DNA of 63,991 nucleotides, the filler included, from Streblomastix strix (lineage: Eukaryota): assembly GCA_008636045.1 (NCBI GenBank). It is 3 parts of 3 records of this genome, joined end to end, with 100 filler letters (N's around TTAATTAATTAA, not from the genome) between each part and the next. Parts side by side here need not be neighbours in the genome. Positions count along the whole stretch, not along the records: positions 22,043 to 43,955 come from SNRW01000344.1; positions 44,056 to 63,991 come from SNRW01000472.1; 1 more part is not named here. One strand, written 5' to 3'. Below, in pieces: positions 36,925 to 51,700 of this stretch; position 1 is the stretch's first letter, and the number at the start of each line of letters is the position of its first letter. The notes under the pieces are model-generated. The model made no database searches, had not been told where the DNA came from, and saw nothing but the letters and a program-made list of their open reading frames with translations. The position numbers were made by a program, and so were the translations under genes.

Positions 36925-39900
36925 TCACTAATCAATTATATAATCATTAGCTTTTAAGCCCAAGATATAAAGACAACAGCTTTAATCTTTTAGCACTACC
37001 ATTTTAGTGTGGATGCCAGTAATGCCGTTCTTTTCTGTAGCTATTTTTGACATAATATAATTCTTTTGGCCTAGTCTCATATTAGTCGCTTTTGTTATCG
37101 TTTCACTATTAATATTATCCACTATGTTTTATTTGGTTATTTTAGTTGTTTTTTAGTTTATCCCTTTTAATTTTATCTTTTCCTTTTCACTAACTTTTAT
37201 ATAATAATTCTTAGGGGCTAATGCAATCGTTTCTGTTCCTTCATTTTCGATAGCTAAACTTAATATTTTTTCTCGTCTAGTAAATCATTTTAAATCGTAG
37301 GGAAGTAATACTTAGCATTTTAATCATAGAATTATTTATCATTAATAACGTAGTTAAATTACTATTAATATTCCGCATCAGCTGAGCCACTAACAGCCCA
37401 ATAAGCCGAATCAATATCGCCTTCTATAAATGAAAGTTTCGTCATGTCAAAAGCTTTATGCATAAAATTATATATAAAATTTAGATACCAATATTTAGCA
37501 TTATCCAATACAAAATAAGCTTCCTAAATTGGGGTCTTACATGTGCAAGTTTCGGTGTTTAATTATACAGCGTAAGCATTATCAGATAATTATTATTCAT
37601 CCATAAATGTATTCGATAAATGAGATTTTAGTGCTCCCTTCTAATCCATGACTTTAATTTCGGTATATTTCTCTGTGTTCATTCCATCAGATCCATATGA
37701 TGAGGTCATCGTGATTTTACAAAATTATTCTAGTCCTTTATTTCTTTCAATTTTTGCCTATATTCTTTTGCCTATAAATTCCTTGACGAACGGATTAAAT
37801 CCTTCATGCTTATTAAATAAAATTAATTGTTTTACATCATCAATAATAAAATGACAATCATCAATCAAGAACCATAAATAGTAAGAGCTGAAGGACATAA
37901 ATTCGCCTTGGGTTAATAATAAACTTGTTAATTTTCTTTTTTTTTGATCTATTTTAATATTTTTATTTCTCATATGATTATACATGTAGGAGCCAATTGT
38001 TTCTTCGCTTGTGGTAGATGTATAGTTTCTTAAAATAGGGGGGAAATTAATGAAATCATTTAAATATTTTTCGTCGATGTGCCCCTTTAATTCAGCTATA
38101 AATAACTAATAGCGGCCCCCTATGATATTCATTATCTTTTATTTATCGTCAAATCGCCCAATAATAGAGCCAGCCATATACATTTTGCTACCTGTATATT
38201 TTATAAATTTATGCGGCTCGGATGATATAACGCTGGGATATAAGGAATTGAAATCAACACCGACGATATGAGAAATTATATTATTTGAAGTTTGAACATG
38301 AATTTTCTTATCCACTGGGTCATAAACAAATTGTTTTATTATGTCTTTACCAGCGATATTTTCCCTATGCATTACATTAGATGGGCCGCCAGTTATTCCA
38401 TTACGGATCAGTTTATAATCTTCAATATTTGTTAAATTTGTGGGGAGACAATGCAACATACAAAATCGGCGAAGTTAAATAAATAGTCGGCTTATATTTT
38501 TATCTTTATTTGAACAGTATTTATTACAGTATAAGCAGCACGGTTATACATTATCTTTTGTACGTGGAAGCGCATTGTTCGTCCTATCTAGTGTTGGCTT
38601 ATTATTAACTGTAAATTTATCGCCACAAATGGCACATACAGAGGATTCGAGTAATTGCTTAAAATAATCGAAGTCATTAACTGATACGTTATTTGATGGG
38701 TCTCTCATCTTGATTTGGTCTTGGAATCTATAATCATCTACTTTATACTTCCAATAAGAGGGATATAAAATGAATTTGTAAGAGTTGTCCATACAGGGGG
38801 ATAATTAGCATTTATATCAAAATCCTTATAAGTTAATGCGAATTTGATAGCATTTGCACATGCAGCCATAGACATAAAGCTAAATATATCAATTTTATAC
38901 TCCATATTCATTTATATAAAATTGTCTATTGGCGCTATCATTATTTTTGTATCCTGTTCATTATAATACTGTAGATATTCCCAGCGATTTTTAAATTATT
39001 TTGCGTTCTCTAAATAAATTTTATATTCGTTTTCGCTCATTGATGAGTTCCTTAATGTTGAATTGAAAGCCACGATAGGAAATGGTTCCGAATCATTGAG
39101 GACATCATTAATATTATCAGAGTTAATATATTCATATGGAAATACTCCATTTTCATTACCTTTTTATTTTGAGAAATCTTACACAAAATCCTTCAATGTC
39201 ATCGCCTGAGCATAGATCATAATATCACAGAATTAAATTTGATTTATGAATGTTTATGTTAAACAATAATTGATTTAGCTTATGATGAACTGCCAATATA
39301 GCTCTTTATTTCCCAGTCTAACGATTAAAGATTTTTAAATATTGGTACAAAATCAAACTTTGCGCTATTGAATCCAACGATGGGAACCTCAAGGTCATAT
39401 GGAATATGTGAGTCCTCATAAAGATTATCAAATTATATTTATTCCGCTTCTTTAGATATTTATTTAAGCCATTAATTTATAAAATCATCTCCATTTCTCA
39501 AATCAAAATAAATCGTTTTTATACCCTATTTATTCTTAATAGTTGAGACTACAGAAAGGGGTACCAATTATGAAATCTATTTGCTTGATTTGCCAAAATC
39601 TTTATTTATTACTTTCACCACTGTTTAAAAATCATAGGTGATGCAGTAGCTCGTGGGTTTAAATTCGTTCTCTCTATTATTTGCCAGTAAATAAGCGTAT
39701 GTTTTGTTCTGCATTATATGCGGGCAAAATGGCCTTTGAACAGCCTCTAGTTTAATCTCCTTTATTATTTTTCCTTCGTTAATTTCGCATTTCTTGATGT
39801 GCTTCTCGTAATCTCTTTCAAATTGAGAATGACGCGGATCGAAAGCTCTAGACTTGCAGAATGGGTAAAATTTCAATCCTGTTAATGATTCTTTATTAGA

Positions 39901-41229
39901 GATATAAAAGGCATAAGTTTCGTTATTTTCTGAGGAACATATTAATACGTTAAACTCGGGAACGCTGACGGGTTCATTTTCGGATTCATCACTGGATACA
40001 TTATCAGCTTCATTGTCTTCGTTATATTTAAATATCTTAAATTAATAATATATTTTTTGCTCAGTATCATAATCATAAATATTTATATTATTTTTTTCGT
40101 TTTAAATGAACTTATCAATCTCAGAATCAATATCAAATCCTTTATAATCTTAAAGCCAATTTTATAATTATTATGTGGATATTTTATAATATTTCATCAT
40201 TTGTTCCTTGATCATGTGCTCGCGTGAATGTTCTCTGATTCTTTATAGGGGTGAATCTTGAAATTTAAATAAGTTATAAGCATAGAACCAGCATATGTTA
40301 TATTTGCATCTTGTCGTTCTCAAACAGTTCTTATGTCCCTATAAATGAAAGTCTATTAATTCTTTTATGCAGCTACCAACGCGAAACTGAGGAAGGGCAA
40401 ACGTTTTAATCATCATCGAATAAATGGCAATAAATCGCTATTTTGCGCTATCCAAATTAAAGTTCTACATCTCTATTATCTCTGATTTATCGAATTCTTT
40501 GTATTCTTCTATGTCTTGCTCTGTGATTATCGATTTGGGGATATGTTTCTATGTCCCAGCTTCTTGGGGCCAAATATAATTATATGAAATCGTTGATTAT
40601 CCCTTATCATAGTTTTACTCCTCATAAATAACTCTAAAATCAAAGGTAATTTTAAATGATTTATGATTCTGGTTTTAATGAACTGAGTCTATAAATTTAT
40701 TTATATCCTCTAATGATTAAATCAAATTATTATAGTATGTGCTGCTGGTTGCCCCTTCAATTTCTTTATCAAATTTAAATCCTTAACGTACTTTATCAAC
40801 TGTATCGATAAATTTATCCATGTTTTGGGGTTAGAAATAAAGTAAAGTATCAGAGTAATCATTCTATATTTCATTGACTTGTTCACTAGCATATTTATTA
40901 ATTTTATCGCTAATCTCTTCATTCTATATCACGTCTATATAAAGCTGAGGTAAAATGAAAGCGTTTTTTGTCTCTTAAAAGTTCTGGGGCTTAGTAAATT
41001 ATTTGGTCTCATTTAAAAAATGCCTTTGGATTTCTTGCTCCTGTTCAATTCGTTTATTTTATGCATCAATGAATTTATTTAGTGTATTAAAATTATTTCT
41101 TCCACGTTTGGGGAAATTAAAAGAATCTAGATATTGGTCAAGTTATTTTTTTAGTTCGTTTCTTTTTAATTTGCTTTTTTCATTTGAACCTAATAATTTT
41201 ATGATTTCACTTTTCTTTAAATAAGGCAT
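36925..41229 (-). pseudogene. Protein-primed family B DNA polymerase (pPolB) with HNH-like insertion
   Basis: Exonuclease motifs ITYDF, GFNSAKFD and YYNEQD. Polymerase motifs ITGG, GVDFNSLYPS, KITMTSSYGSDG and EGDIDS, plus LAPKNY. Several frameshifts. ATG 41229, TGA 36925. Confidence 0.92.
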
Positions 41230-41733
41230 ATTTATTATAAATTAAAAAATAAAAAATATATAAATAAATTTAGTTAGGATAAAATAAATATAAATTAAAT
41301 CAATCAAATATAAATTCTTAGTTTATTATATCAAATTCATTTTTTAATTCGAGATAAGCTTAATATAAAACATCTATGATTTCTTTATTTTAAAATAGTC
41401 GTTATTTATATAATTTTATTTAATTTTATGCTTCATCAAAAATTTCATTGATGTTGGGAGCTCCAACTGTTTATAATGGTTATGATTTACTAAGAAATAC
41501 CCCCATTGTTTATTTTGAATATTATTGGGGGTGAATTATTTAGTCATTATATTTGTTTATCCTTTTGATACAAAAAGCGTAGTCTATTGCCGCCGTTTAA
41601 TAGTAATCGATTTTTTATTTAATTTGTCCATTTATGAAAGATAAAAATAGAGAAAAAACGAAGTTTTTTCAATTCATAAATTGGTCCGTTTGTGAAGCTA
41701 TCATCGGAATCATCAACGGAACCATCAACGGAA

Positions 41734-43194
41734 TCATTAAAATTATATCTCTAGCAAAAGATTATTGTACATATCACAATATTTTGTCGGTATCTTACGG
41801 CCAAAGTTATCATATAATGTAAATACTATTGATTTATTTTAATCGATTAAACATTCTAAAGACATCATGTTCTAAAACCATAAAACAGGAGTATCAACCA
41901 AGTTCTATTTGAAGCATACGTTATTAAACCCATTACCTCCGACTGTCTCCATCGTTATACCTTTTAATTAATTATTTACGCATATAATTAATATTTGGGG
42001 ATACTCAATAAAATTACCTATGAATGGGCAAAATATCGGTATATCAGGAATAAAACTATTAGATGTAAATTTAGTCTTATAAAACCATGTTTCTAAATCA
42101 ATCTATTTTATAGCTGATGAAAGATTTGATAACTAATTTGATCCCATCTCGTTAGGGCCATCTTTTAAATCTAAACTTCCCGCTAATTGATAATATAAAT
42201 TTGGTGATAATATTATTTTTTTAGCGAACCAACTAATACGCTCAACTGATGACCATTCACCAACAACTTCAGCAATGAATTAGCCATAAAAGCCCTATCT
42301 TCCTACTGCTGCATAAATATCTGTCCATTCAGGGGAAGTAAGAGCTGGCAGCGAGCATATTACACGCACGGGGAAAATATTTATATTATTGATTATTTAT
42401 TGCATGGACTATTATTAAACATCAATTGACTAGTCGTCAGACGTTGTAATTGCACCTGCAGAAGTAATATTTATACGCTTACCAAATAAATAACGAACTG
42501 ATAAAGCGTTAGGTTCTAGAGGTTCAACTGAAGTAATAAAATTATTTGAAATTGGGCATTATAAGCGAATTAAACCAACAGCTCTATAAGCAACGCAAGT
42601 ACAATAATCTATTATCCAATAATTATAAAGAAACGCGTCAATTCTTAAATTAATATAATTTATCGCTGAACTTACTATATCCTACCCGTAATTTGTATTT
42701 AATGAAAATAGGTTATTGGCTAATTTTTATGTATGTTCATTCTGGGGGTTATTGAAGCAGATAGCGCCCCGATTAATTGTAGATTGTAATTTGAAATAAT
42801 TTTCTTATCCGTCTATGAAGTTAATAAAATAAGGAACTTAAAGAGTAAGCAATTACGGGACGTATTTATATCCTTAATTATCTTAGTCATCAACATATTA
42901 GTTATTGATAGCCGTATTTAAATTCAATCTGATAGTGGGCAACTCTGTTAATGCTTATAATGAAAACGTAACATTTCCGTTATCCTGCTAATAATATATT
43001 TTTCTATTAGGGGTTGAAATTATATTATGTTAAATTTCAATATAATCACTGTTCAAATAATAGTTTAAATTTATCGATATATTATTTATGCTATTAATTT
43101 AAAAGGAATTATAACCCGGGGGTATTTTGGTCTTCCATTATACGAAGTTTTCATTTGATTCTGAGCTAATTATTTACATGCCGATGTTTGACAT
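41734..43194 (-). pseudogene. Putative minor capsid (penton) protein
   Basis: Beta-rich ~480 codons ending NKSIVFTLYDNFGRKI...LLLEIQF, resembling the Polinton penton C-terminal pattern (i.i.l.D..G..i). Frameshifts near both ends. The assignment is inference. Confidence 0.5.
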
Positions 43195-43955
43195 TTTAGT
43201 ATAACAAAAATAATATATTAATGGATTCATTAACGGAATTCCATTGATGAGACCATTAATTTACTCCATTAATTTATGGCGGTCTTCTATGAAGCCCTTT
43301 TTCATTTACCCCTTTCATTTAATAATTCCAATAATTTTTTAAAATTGCATTTTGACTATTTTCTAGGGCAATCGATATAATTTCCTTTAGCTCTTCCATC
43401 CTCAGCCGTTTATTAAATTATCTCAATAAGAATCTTAATTCAATTTCTGGGTCTGATTTCGTGGCTAAAGAAACAAGAGAACTTAAGAAAGAACTATAGA
43501 CTATGAATTCCTCACATGATATTTTAATCATTTATTTAATAGTAAAAATAATTTTTCATTTATGATTTATAGCTAAAATTTGAGTTGTGAGAAGAATTAT
43601 ACTAGATACAAAAATCAAAATATCGATGCTTTCCATTTATTTTAAATTTAAATGCCAATAAAATATTTTTAAAATGAATTAAAAATGTAATCTAAAAAAA
43701 AAGATCAAAACGTGGAATATCGTTATAATCATAATCAAAATCAAAATCACCAAGTCTTGATACATATGAAAAGGTATAAAAATTAATTTAATTTATATAG
43801 TAAAACCCTGACCTAATACGAGAAGGAGAAAACATATACCGTAAAGAAGCCTTAAGAATTGCAGCTGAATTTGATAAATACGGCTAAAAATAGAGTAGGG
43901 CATAACGAGACGCAGTACAAAAAGCATTCTTAAAAGACCCTAATGCCCATATCAC

Positions 43956-44055
43956 NNNNNNNNNNNNNNNNNNNNNNNNNNNNNNNNNNNNNNNNNNNNT
44001 TAATTAATTAANNNNNNNNNNNNNNNNNNNNNNNNNNNNNNNNNNNNNNNNNNNN
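43956..44055. other. Artificial contig linker (N44-TTAATTAATTAA-N44)
   Basis: Same 100-nt structure as 21943-22042. Confidence 0.97.
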
Positions 44056-45207
44056 AATTAATAATTCAATGAATAAATACAACAATCACCACTTCGCCAA
44101 TCATCCAATATTCAATAAAACCAACCTAATGATTATCACTTCACAGAATCCCCCACATCTCCTCCTTTATCTGAATCAATCAAATAGAGGTCACTTCACC
44201 TTCATTAATATCAGATCTCAAACTCACCTATTTATTAACCAGGCTTATATGAACAAGATGAAATATAAGATTCATTATTAGAGAGAGAATAAGCTATTAT
44301 CCAATAACCAAATATTGCAGATATTTTTTATTCTCCAAATTTCCCCAAATAAAGAACACCTGCTCGTTCACCTGGAAGAAGATAACACATCATTTCACCT
44401 CCTGTTAATTTCTATCTGAATGATATAATATAAAACTAATAAGAAATAAATTAATTTGGAAATTCTCCAATATAATAATCTCCAATTACATCTGTGTAAT
44501 AACTGGCAATTAGACGTAGTCAAGAGAATGAATATTATAATGAAAGAATTAATTAATAATAGATGATTACTTCTCCATATAATAATCAATTGAATATTAT
44601 CTAATAAGAGTAAATTAATCTATAAAATTACTAAACTGAACCTATTTATGATACATCAACATAACATCATTAATAATAACAACCATTTCACATCAGACAC
44701 CACTCAGAATAAATCAGTAATATCGTATCCCCATTCTTAGGTATTCGTATTGGTCAGATTGTGAGTCTATTTCTCATTACACTGATTATATTCATCTCCA
44801 TCATACTTACAATCTATTTCTGGAATATAGCTAAATAAGTATTGATAATTATATGCTTCACATGTGTCTTCTATATTGTATTTGGAGGAGCACCAGAAGC
44901 CTTACTTGTTAATAGGACTATTCATGTGATTGGAGATAATGGGGAATAGAGAATGAATTGGTATCAGTTGTTGGAGAGAGTATTAAAGAAGAAGAAGGAG
45001 ATAACAAAAGTAAAGAGAGACGAGAGAAGAAGGAAGAAATAGGAGAAAAAGAAGGGAGTGAATAAATAAGATAAAATTATTTTTCACTTAAGTGATTAGA
45101 ATATTATTGCTGGTGATTCGTGGATGAATGCAAATGAAAATTCATTACGACCAACTCGACCTTCACTTCAAGGCATTTGGAGCATTTTATTGAGCTTATT
45201 ACGCTGA
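44056..45207 (+). CDS. 3' end of a host gene: Ser/Pro/Gln-rich region then two TM helices
   Basis: Open frame with IVSLFLITLIIFISIILTIYFWNIAKQVLIIICFTCVFYIVFGG, ending IWSILLSLLR-TGA (45205-45207). Confidence 0.7.
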
Positions 45208-45742
45208 CTAATAATTTATGATTTGTTTAAATTAAAAATATATGAAATCTATCATTAATAACGAAGCAAAAATTTCCTATTCTTTTTTAAAATCGATTTC
45301 TGAGTGTGTAGAGCTTTTACTGATTAAAACACGACATTTAATTATACTCTCTTATATATCATCTGTTATTTTCACAATAATTCCAGTCATATTACCACTT
45401 CGGAGGCGCAAACAAAAATAAATTCATTTTTTGAGAATGCCAAGTCTTTATTTCTAGTTTATATTAGCTTTTATTATATATCAAGTCAAAATATTAACAA
45501 TAATTATTCACAAATAGATATTTATATCATCTATACGTCATGAATTAGCGCGAAAATTAATTCTGTGAAAAATCAAGAAAACTTAGCATATTTGACAGCT
45601 CCTATTTTTATCATACTATTTTTCTACATCAAAGTAGCTTAAATTCATATTTATTGATATACTCTTATTAATTATGCTTTTTAACATTATCTTTGCTTTT
45701 ACTCTTTGCTTTGTTTTTCAGACTCAAATCCTCTAGGAAATA

Positions 45743-48700
45743 ATGTCTGGCTACGGGTAGAAAAAACTAAATCCTTTAAAAAATTGTATGCATTATTTCT
45801 TATTTTGATATTTTAAAAATAATTTATCCTTCAGAGTTACATTTGAGTTTGTTAAGTCTAGATGCACTACAAAAATATCTAACGCAACCCGTGACTGTTC
45901 TTCTGGAGAAAACTAGCAGTGTGAAAAACTATTTTTAATATGTTAATATTTTTTATTAACATTTTAGCTTCTGAGAATCGAATATATGCATTCTTATAGC
46001 TTACCCCGCTTATATCAACCAGACTTGATTCAGAAATTGGAAAAATTCCATCTCCTGTTCTGTAATTATTATTTGGAACTATAAAGTCAATTATCAAAAA
46101 CCATAAGAGAATTGGGTTTACTTTGTTTTAATTCTTTTTGTTACATTTAATAAAATACATTTATTTTAATCAGGAATATTGATAATAGGGAAAATTTGAC
46201 GCTGCACAAGTTTTTGAGAAAATTTTGTTCATTTGCTACAATTGCTGGTAGAGTGTTTAATTGGCCATAATGCATTCTTTTCCTTTCCCACCTCTTTCCT
46301 ATTGATAAGACTAAATTTGTTGCCGGTAGAGATAAGTATGCATTAATTCAACGAATCCCAAGAACAACAAAAAGTTATTCTACGTATAAAGACTTGAGAC
46401 AAATCAAAGGATAGGAAATTCATTTTCAGCTCTTGGACAAGTTTCTCAAATACAATGGATCTACATTTCTACAAAGCACATTAAAATTTTTAACTAATGG
46501 ATAAATACAAGGATATCCTGCTTTTGAAATGATGATGTCTTTAATGCGCATATATTACTCGGTATATAGTTTATATATATCATTTTAATTTTATTTATAT
46601 TTTATTCATTATTTCTTATTGCAGTACTTTATTTATACTGAACCTCGTTATTGTCCGATAAAAGAAGTGAGTTAAATTCAGACTCTTATAGTTTATTTAC
46701 CGAAGATATATTAATTTCCGCCAATGGGAAAGGAAGAAAGAATTGATAAGTTGATAAGAATGATTGAATTCTGTGGAAATTAAGCGAACGTGTGAAAAAT
46801 TTGTTTATTTTTATTTGTTTATTTTATATTTATTATTTTTTTTTCATAAATCAAATAGGCTTCAGACAATTCAATGGAGAAATTTTTATTGAAGATTAGT
46901 ATCATTCTTCTTGAAGATGGACTATATCAAAGAGTATAATTATAAAACCCTTAGGCAATTAATATAGTAGATCCAAATTCATAACAGGTTTAATAGAGCA
47001 ATAGTCACACATTAATGATGAAAGGAGTTCATTTCTTGAATTTGTTGGCCAAATGTTCTGTTGGTATTAAGGGTTAACGTGGATAAAGTATTCTTGATAA
47101 ACCAAAGGAAATAACACTTGATGATATAACATCTATCTCCAATGAAATATATAAACCCAGTAATGGAAATGAGGGAATAATAAAACTTTGCATAAGTCTA
47201 ATGAATTTTGGAGGATAATTATTGTGTGATAATTTATAAGTGAAATAAGCAGGTGGATAAGAAAATAAGATATAGATGGAAATGTTAGAATTAGCAGAAG
47301 TTCAAAGAATATATGCAAATGCATTTATTATTCCTGATTAACTTCTACAGGATTTATTTACATTTTGGGAGAAGATTCCTTTAGTGTAAGATGGTGCAGA
47401 AAACGATCCAGATAAAATCATTCCAAAGAATTTCTTTCATAAAGCGATAAATAATTCCAAATTGGAACTTATTATTCCTACATTGACATATTTGGAGAGA
47501 AAATATTGGATTGAACCAACCACATAATCATAAGGATAATCATCTTCAACATTAGTTTAACTTCACCAAGTTGCATAATGTCGGATTGCAACTATTATTG
47601 TTGATCCATCCGACTTTTAGCTTCTTAACAATTTATTTTCATCATGTAAACAACAAGAATCAGACATTGTTAAATAATAATAATTAAATCGTAATAATAC
47701 AAAAGACAATTAACAAAATCTGTTAATAATTACTTCAACCTTAAATAGAATTAAAGATTTATTCATCAGTTTCCTTACATAAATTCCACCCCATTCTCTA
47801 AATACTCAATCTCCTAATCCATTGATAATTCCTGATATTCGTCCAATTCGTATAATTCTTCCAGATAATTTAATGAAAAAAATAGATAAATACATTAAAG
47901 AATTGTTTTAAAGGGATGTACAGGTTAAATCTGATTAGATTACATAAATTTTTTAATTTTTATTCAAAGAATTGAATATTCTATTTGATGAATAGTAGAA
48001 GAAAACAGAAATTGCAATTCAATAATAACAATCACAATTAGGATCATAACGATAATTCAGAGGAGAAAAATTTATTGCTATATTTTGCAGTCTTTTAATG
48101 AAAGCTGATGAAATCTTCACTAAAATTTGCGAACTAAAATAATAACCTGCTCATCAAGCATTTTCATTTTATTCTATTGGAAAATGCTTCAGGTTAAATC
48201 CACATAAAGATAATGACAATGCAAATTGGGATAGTGAAGGGGGAATTGATTTACTGATTAATAATATTCTATCATCAATTGAAGGTACAATAATCAAAGT
48301 AGAGTAGTAAAGATAATAAGGAGGAAATATTAGAGAAGATAATTCTGAGTAAGAATAAAACGTGATTATCGATGGAATGGAAGTTAAAGGTCATTTAAAT
48401 TGTAGTTCTAATGCTTTACAAACTCTGATGAAAATGAGAAGTTTTGAAGTTGATGCAGCAATTGAAGAATTAAATAAAAAGAAAATAGATAAGGATATTA
48501 TTCCACACTTTGAGAGTTTACTTTAGAGACATAAATTAGAGAATGTACTCCAACTTATCAATCGTCTTCTTTCTGTACTTGTTGAAAGAAGTTAAGGTCT
48601 CACAGGTCCAGGGAAAAGTGCAAATATATTCATTAATTTAGTATTTGAGAATATTTATCGCACATCTTTTCAAATAATCTAAATTCAACAAAAATTAATA

Positions 48701-51700
48701 GAGAAATAAGGTTAACTTAAATTAGAATCTCTTAATAATGAAGATTTGAAAACTAAGATTGTAGTAATATTCTTTTCTTATCTGAATCGCATTCTTAATC
48801 CTCCTTTTAACTCACCTTATCAATTAATGACTCGATTTCTTGACTTCATTAATATGTTTATTGGAATGAGGAAGATTTTTAAAAGTTCCAATTTAGATAT
48901 AGAAAATGATATTGATGTTATTGGACTGGATAGTTTATTTTAATTAGCTCTGAACTGGCCGATTGGTGGGTAAGAAACCATATAAACTTTAGAGAGAATG
49001 TAAATAAGAGAAAAATATGAAATAGGGAAAGATGTTGAAAAGGTACTTGAATAAGAATATTAAATATAAACAGGAATATGGAATCCTGCATTGAACTTCT
49101 TGGTTGAACTTGGTAAAATCAGTGAATAGACAAAACCAGATGTCAATGCACACTAATAAAATAGAAATAATGAATATTATCTTCCTAATTAAATTATAAT
49201 AGGTGAATGTATAAAGAGACTTGAAGATATATTTCGAGATTCTAATCAATAATAATAATAATCTCAACCAGCTTCAATTGAGAATAAATTTCTTATAATT
49301 CGTCTTCTTCTACTTTATATTCAGATATTGAGAGAGAAGAGAGCATCCATTTTAATTGATCCATTTGAATTGGTCAAAATTCCACTTGAAGGATAAGAAG
49401 GATAAAACTTGAATAACAATAATAAAAACAATCCACCTACATTCATGAATAATTACAACAAACCACTTCCTTCATTAATGATTTTTGGCACAATACCTCC
49501 AAATTACCGGGATATACGCATATCTGAAGAAGATGATATATAAACATTGAGACTTCGTATTGCACGTGATTAATAAGTAGGAGATTATACACGAGTAAGG
49601 GTTAATTTCAACAATAAAGATATTACATATTCCAGAGAACGAGTTCTTAGTCTTACTGGGAGAATAAATTTGTAAGATCTTAAGTTTGAAATAGGTCCGT
49701 AAACATATTGGAATACAAATGGTCCACCTAAAACTATTATTCCTGCTGATCCACTTTCTAATCATAAATAATTTTATTCAAAATCAAATCTATAAGATGA
49801 TATTAAAGATTATGAAAATGCATTAGATGTGATAAAAAGCAAAGCAACAATGTTCAGTAATATAATGAATACACATCCACAAACTAAAAAGATGATAGAA
49901 TGTCTTTTATCGATAGCACGTGTAAATTTGAAACTTATTGCTGTGGAAAATTTCATTAATTTATCAAATTTTGGAACAAATTGGGGATAAATTGTTAATG
50001 GAAAAGAATAGAGCAAAGAAGAATTTTAATAATACATTCAATATGTTTTTAAATTAATTAATGATAATTTAAAAGCTACTGAAAGTGATGATATTGAATT
50101 GAACATGAAAAAAACAAGTTAATAATAAAATAAGTTTACAAATTAAGATATAGAGAACAAAATGAAACAAATTCTTTAAGGAACCAATCAATAACAATAA
50201 GTAGAAACATTCTTTTAATAAGACACTGGATAAGTAGAAGATAAGAAGAATTCAATTTCACCTTCTTGGCGGCTGAGGTTTATTCTTTCTGGAGGATTAA
50301 GTTCTATTATATCACTATTCATTCAGACTCCATTTGGTGATCTTAGTTCTTAATAAGATATTTAAATATAATAAAGAAGTTCTTATGCTTCATAATCTTC
50401 TTCATAATCATAATTACCTCCTATTTCACCAAATCCAGTGCCCAAACTTTCATTAGATAATTTATTTCATCTTGCTAATATCATATTCAACTTCCTTACT
50501 GGACATTCAATTGCATTCTTCATTGATTCATTAACCAAAAGAATTGATACAAATGAAGATAAAAGAAATGAAGTATAATAACCTCAAATAATTCCTGGCA
50601 TTAAACAACCTTAAATGACTTTTTCTATTATTTATTATGCATTACGATTATGTCCAGTTAAAGTATCTTCTTAAACCCTTAATACTAATTCATATGATAT
50701 TTCAAAATCTGGTTTATTAGGTAAAACATAGAGTTAAGTTTTAGCTTTCTTAAATCGTCTTGTTTAACTTCTTATTTACTCCTCATATAAATTAACTACA
50801 GAAACACCACTCTCTGTTTGTTCCATATAATTCAATCCTCTTGATTCTAATGGATAATCATAGTAAATATAATAACCAATTAGAAATTAAAATTAACCTC
50901 CATAACCTCCTCCAAATCCCCCAATTTCACCATCATTAATCTCATCTCATGAATCAACTAATTATATTTCAGTACTTCCATAAGATACAAAATCAAATTC
51001 ATTCATATCTACAATAATTTCCAAAACTCCGGATAATGACTTTATTAAACTATTCAGGGATAATGACCAATTTAAAAGAATTGCTTTATAAGTTACACAA
51101 AAATTTGAAGATAAAATAAAAACAAATAATCAACTTCTTCCTCCACAATATTCACCTAATTAAATTAGTTCTTTAACTGATGCAATTAAACTCATTCAAG
51201 AGAAATAAATTACAAGAAAAAATATTGGAACAGGAATAAGAAATTAAAAAAATCAAGAATAATAATTATAATAATAATATCATTTGAAATTAGAAACTAA
51301 ACTTGAATTAATTTGTATTTGTACTTCAATTCTTTCTGATCTTGTATCATTTTATCCTGAATTTATTATTCCCATAATATCAACTCCTTCATTTGATCCA
51401 TTCTTATTCTTAGTTATTGCTTCATTAGCTAAAGGAATTGAGATGTGTAAGAAAAAGAATAATGAATAAGGAAATGATAATGGAGGAATTATAATAAATT
51501 AATTGGATAAATATAATAACTTTATTTATCATTCATCAGAATCGTTATGTGAGTAATTATGCTTTTCATTTATTAAGAAAAAATAACAAAATAATCCTCC
51601 AAGAACAACAGGATCTTCATACTTATCTTCACCTTAATAAATAATTTATGATGATTAAACAATTAAATAAATATCATCCGCATTGATTGATTAAATTTAG

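Larger units (their letters stand above)
25816..43955. mobile_element. Polinton/Maverick (adintovirus-like) endogenous virus, left end present, right end lost at the contig break
   Basis: AGTAGT terminus at 25816. Dense intronless genes: protein-primed PolB, A32-like ATPase, putative capsids, fibres and KilA-N. Integrase and protease are not recognisable in the visible part. Confidence 0.9.

Noticed and set aside
11162..43194. TGA readthrough or recoding in viral genes
   Set aside because: The internal TGAs I examined are mostly one transition from TGG or CGA, co-occur with frameshifts, and TGA still ends the genes. Ordinary decay is the simpler explanation.
43676..43955. Plus-strand ORF at the contig end as the provirus integrase
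   Set aside because: Truncated and frameshifted with no diagnostic motif visible.
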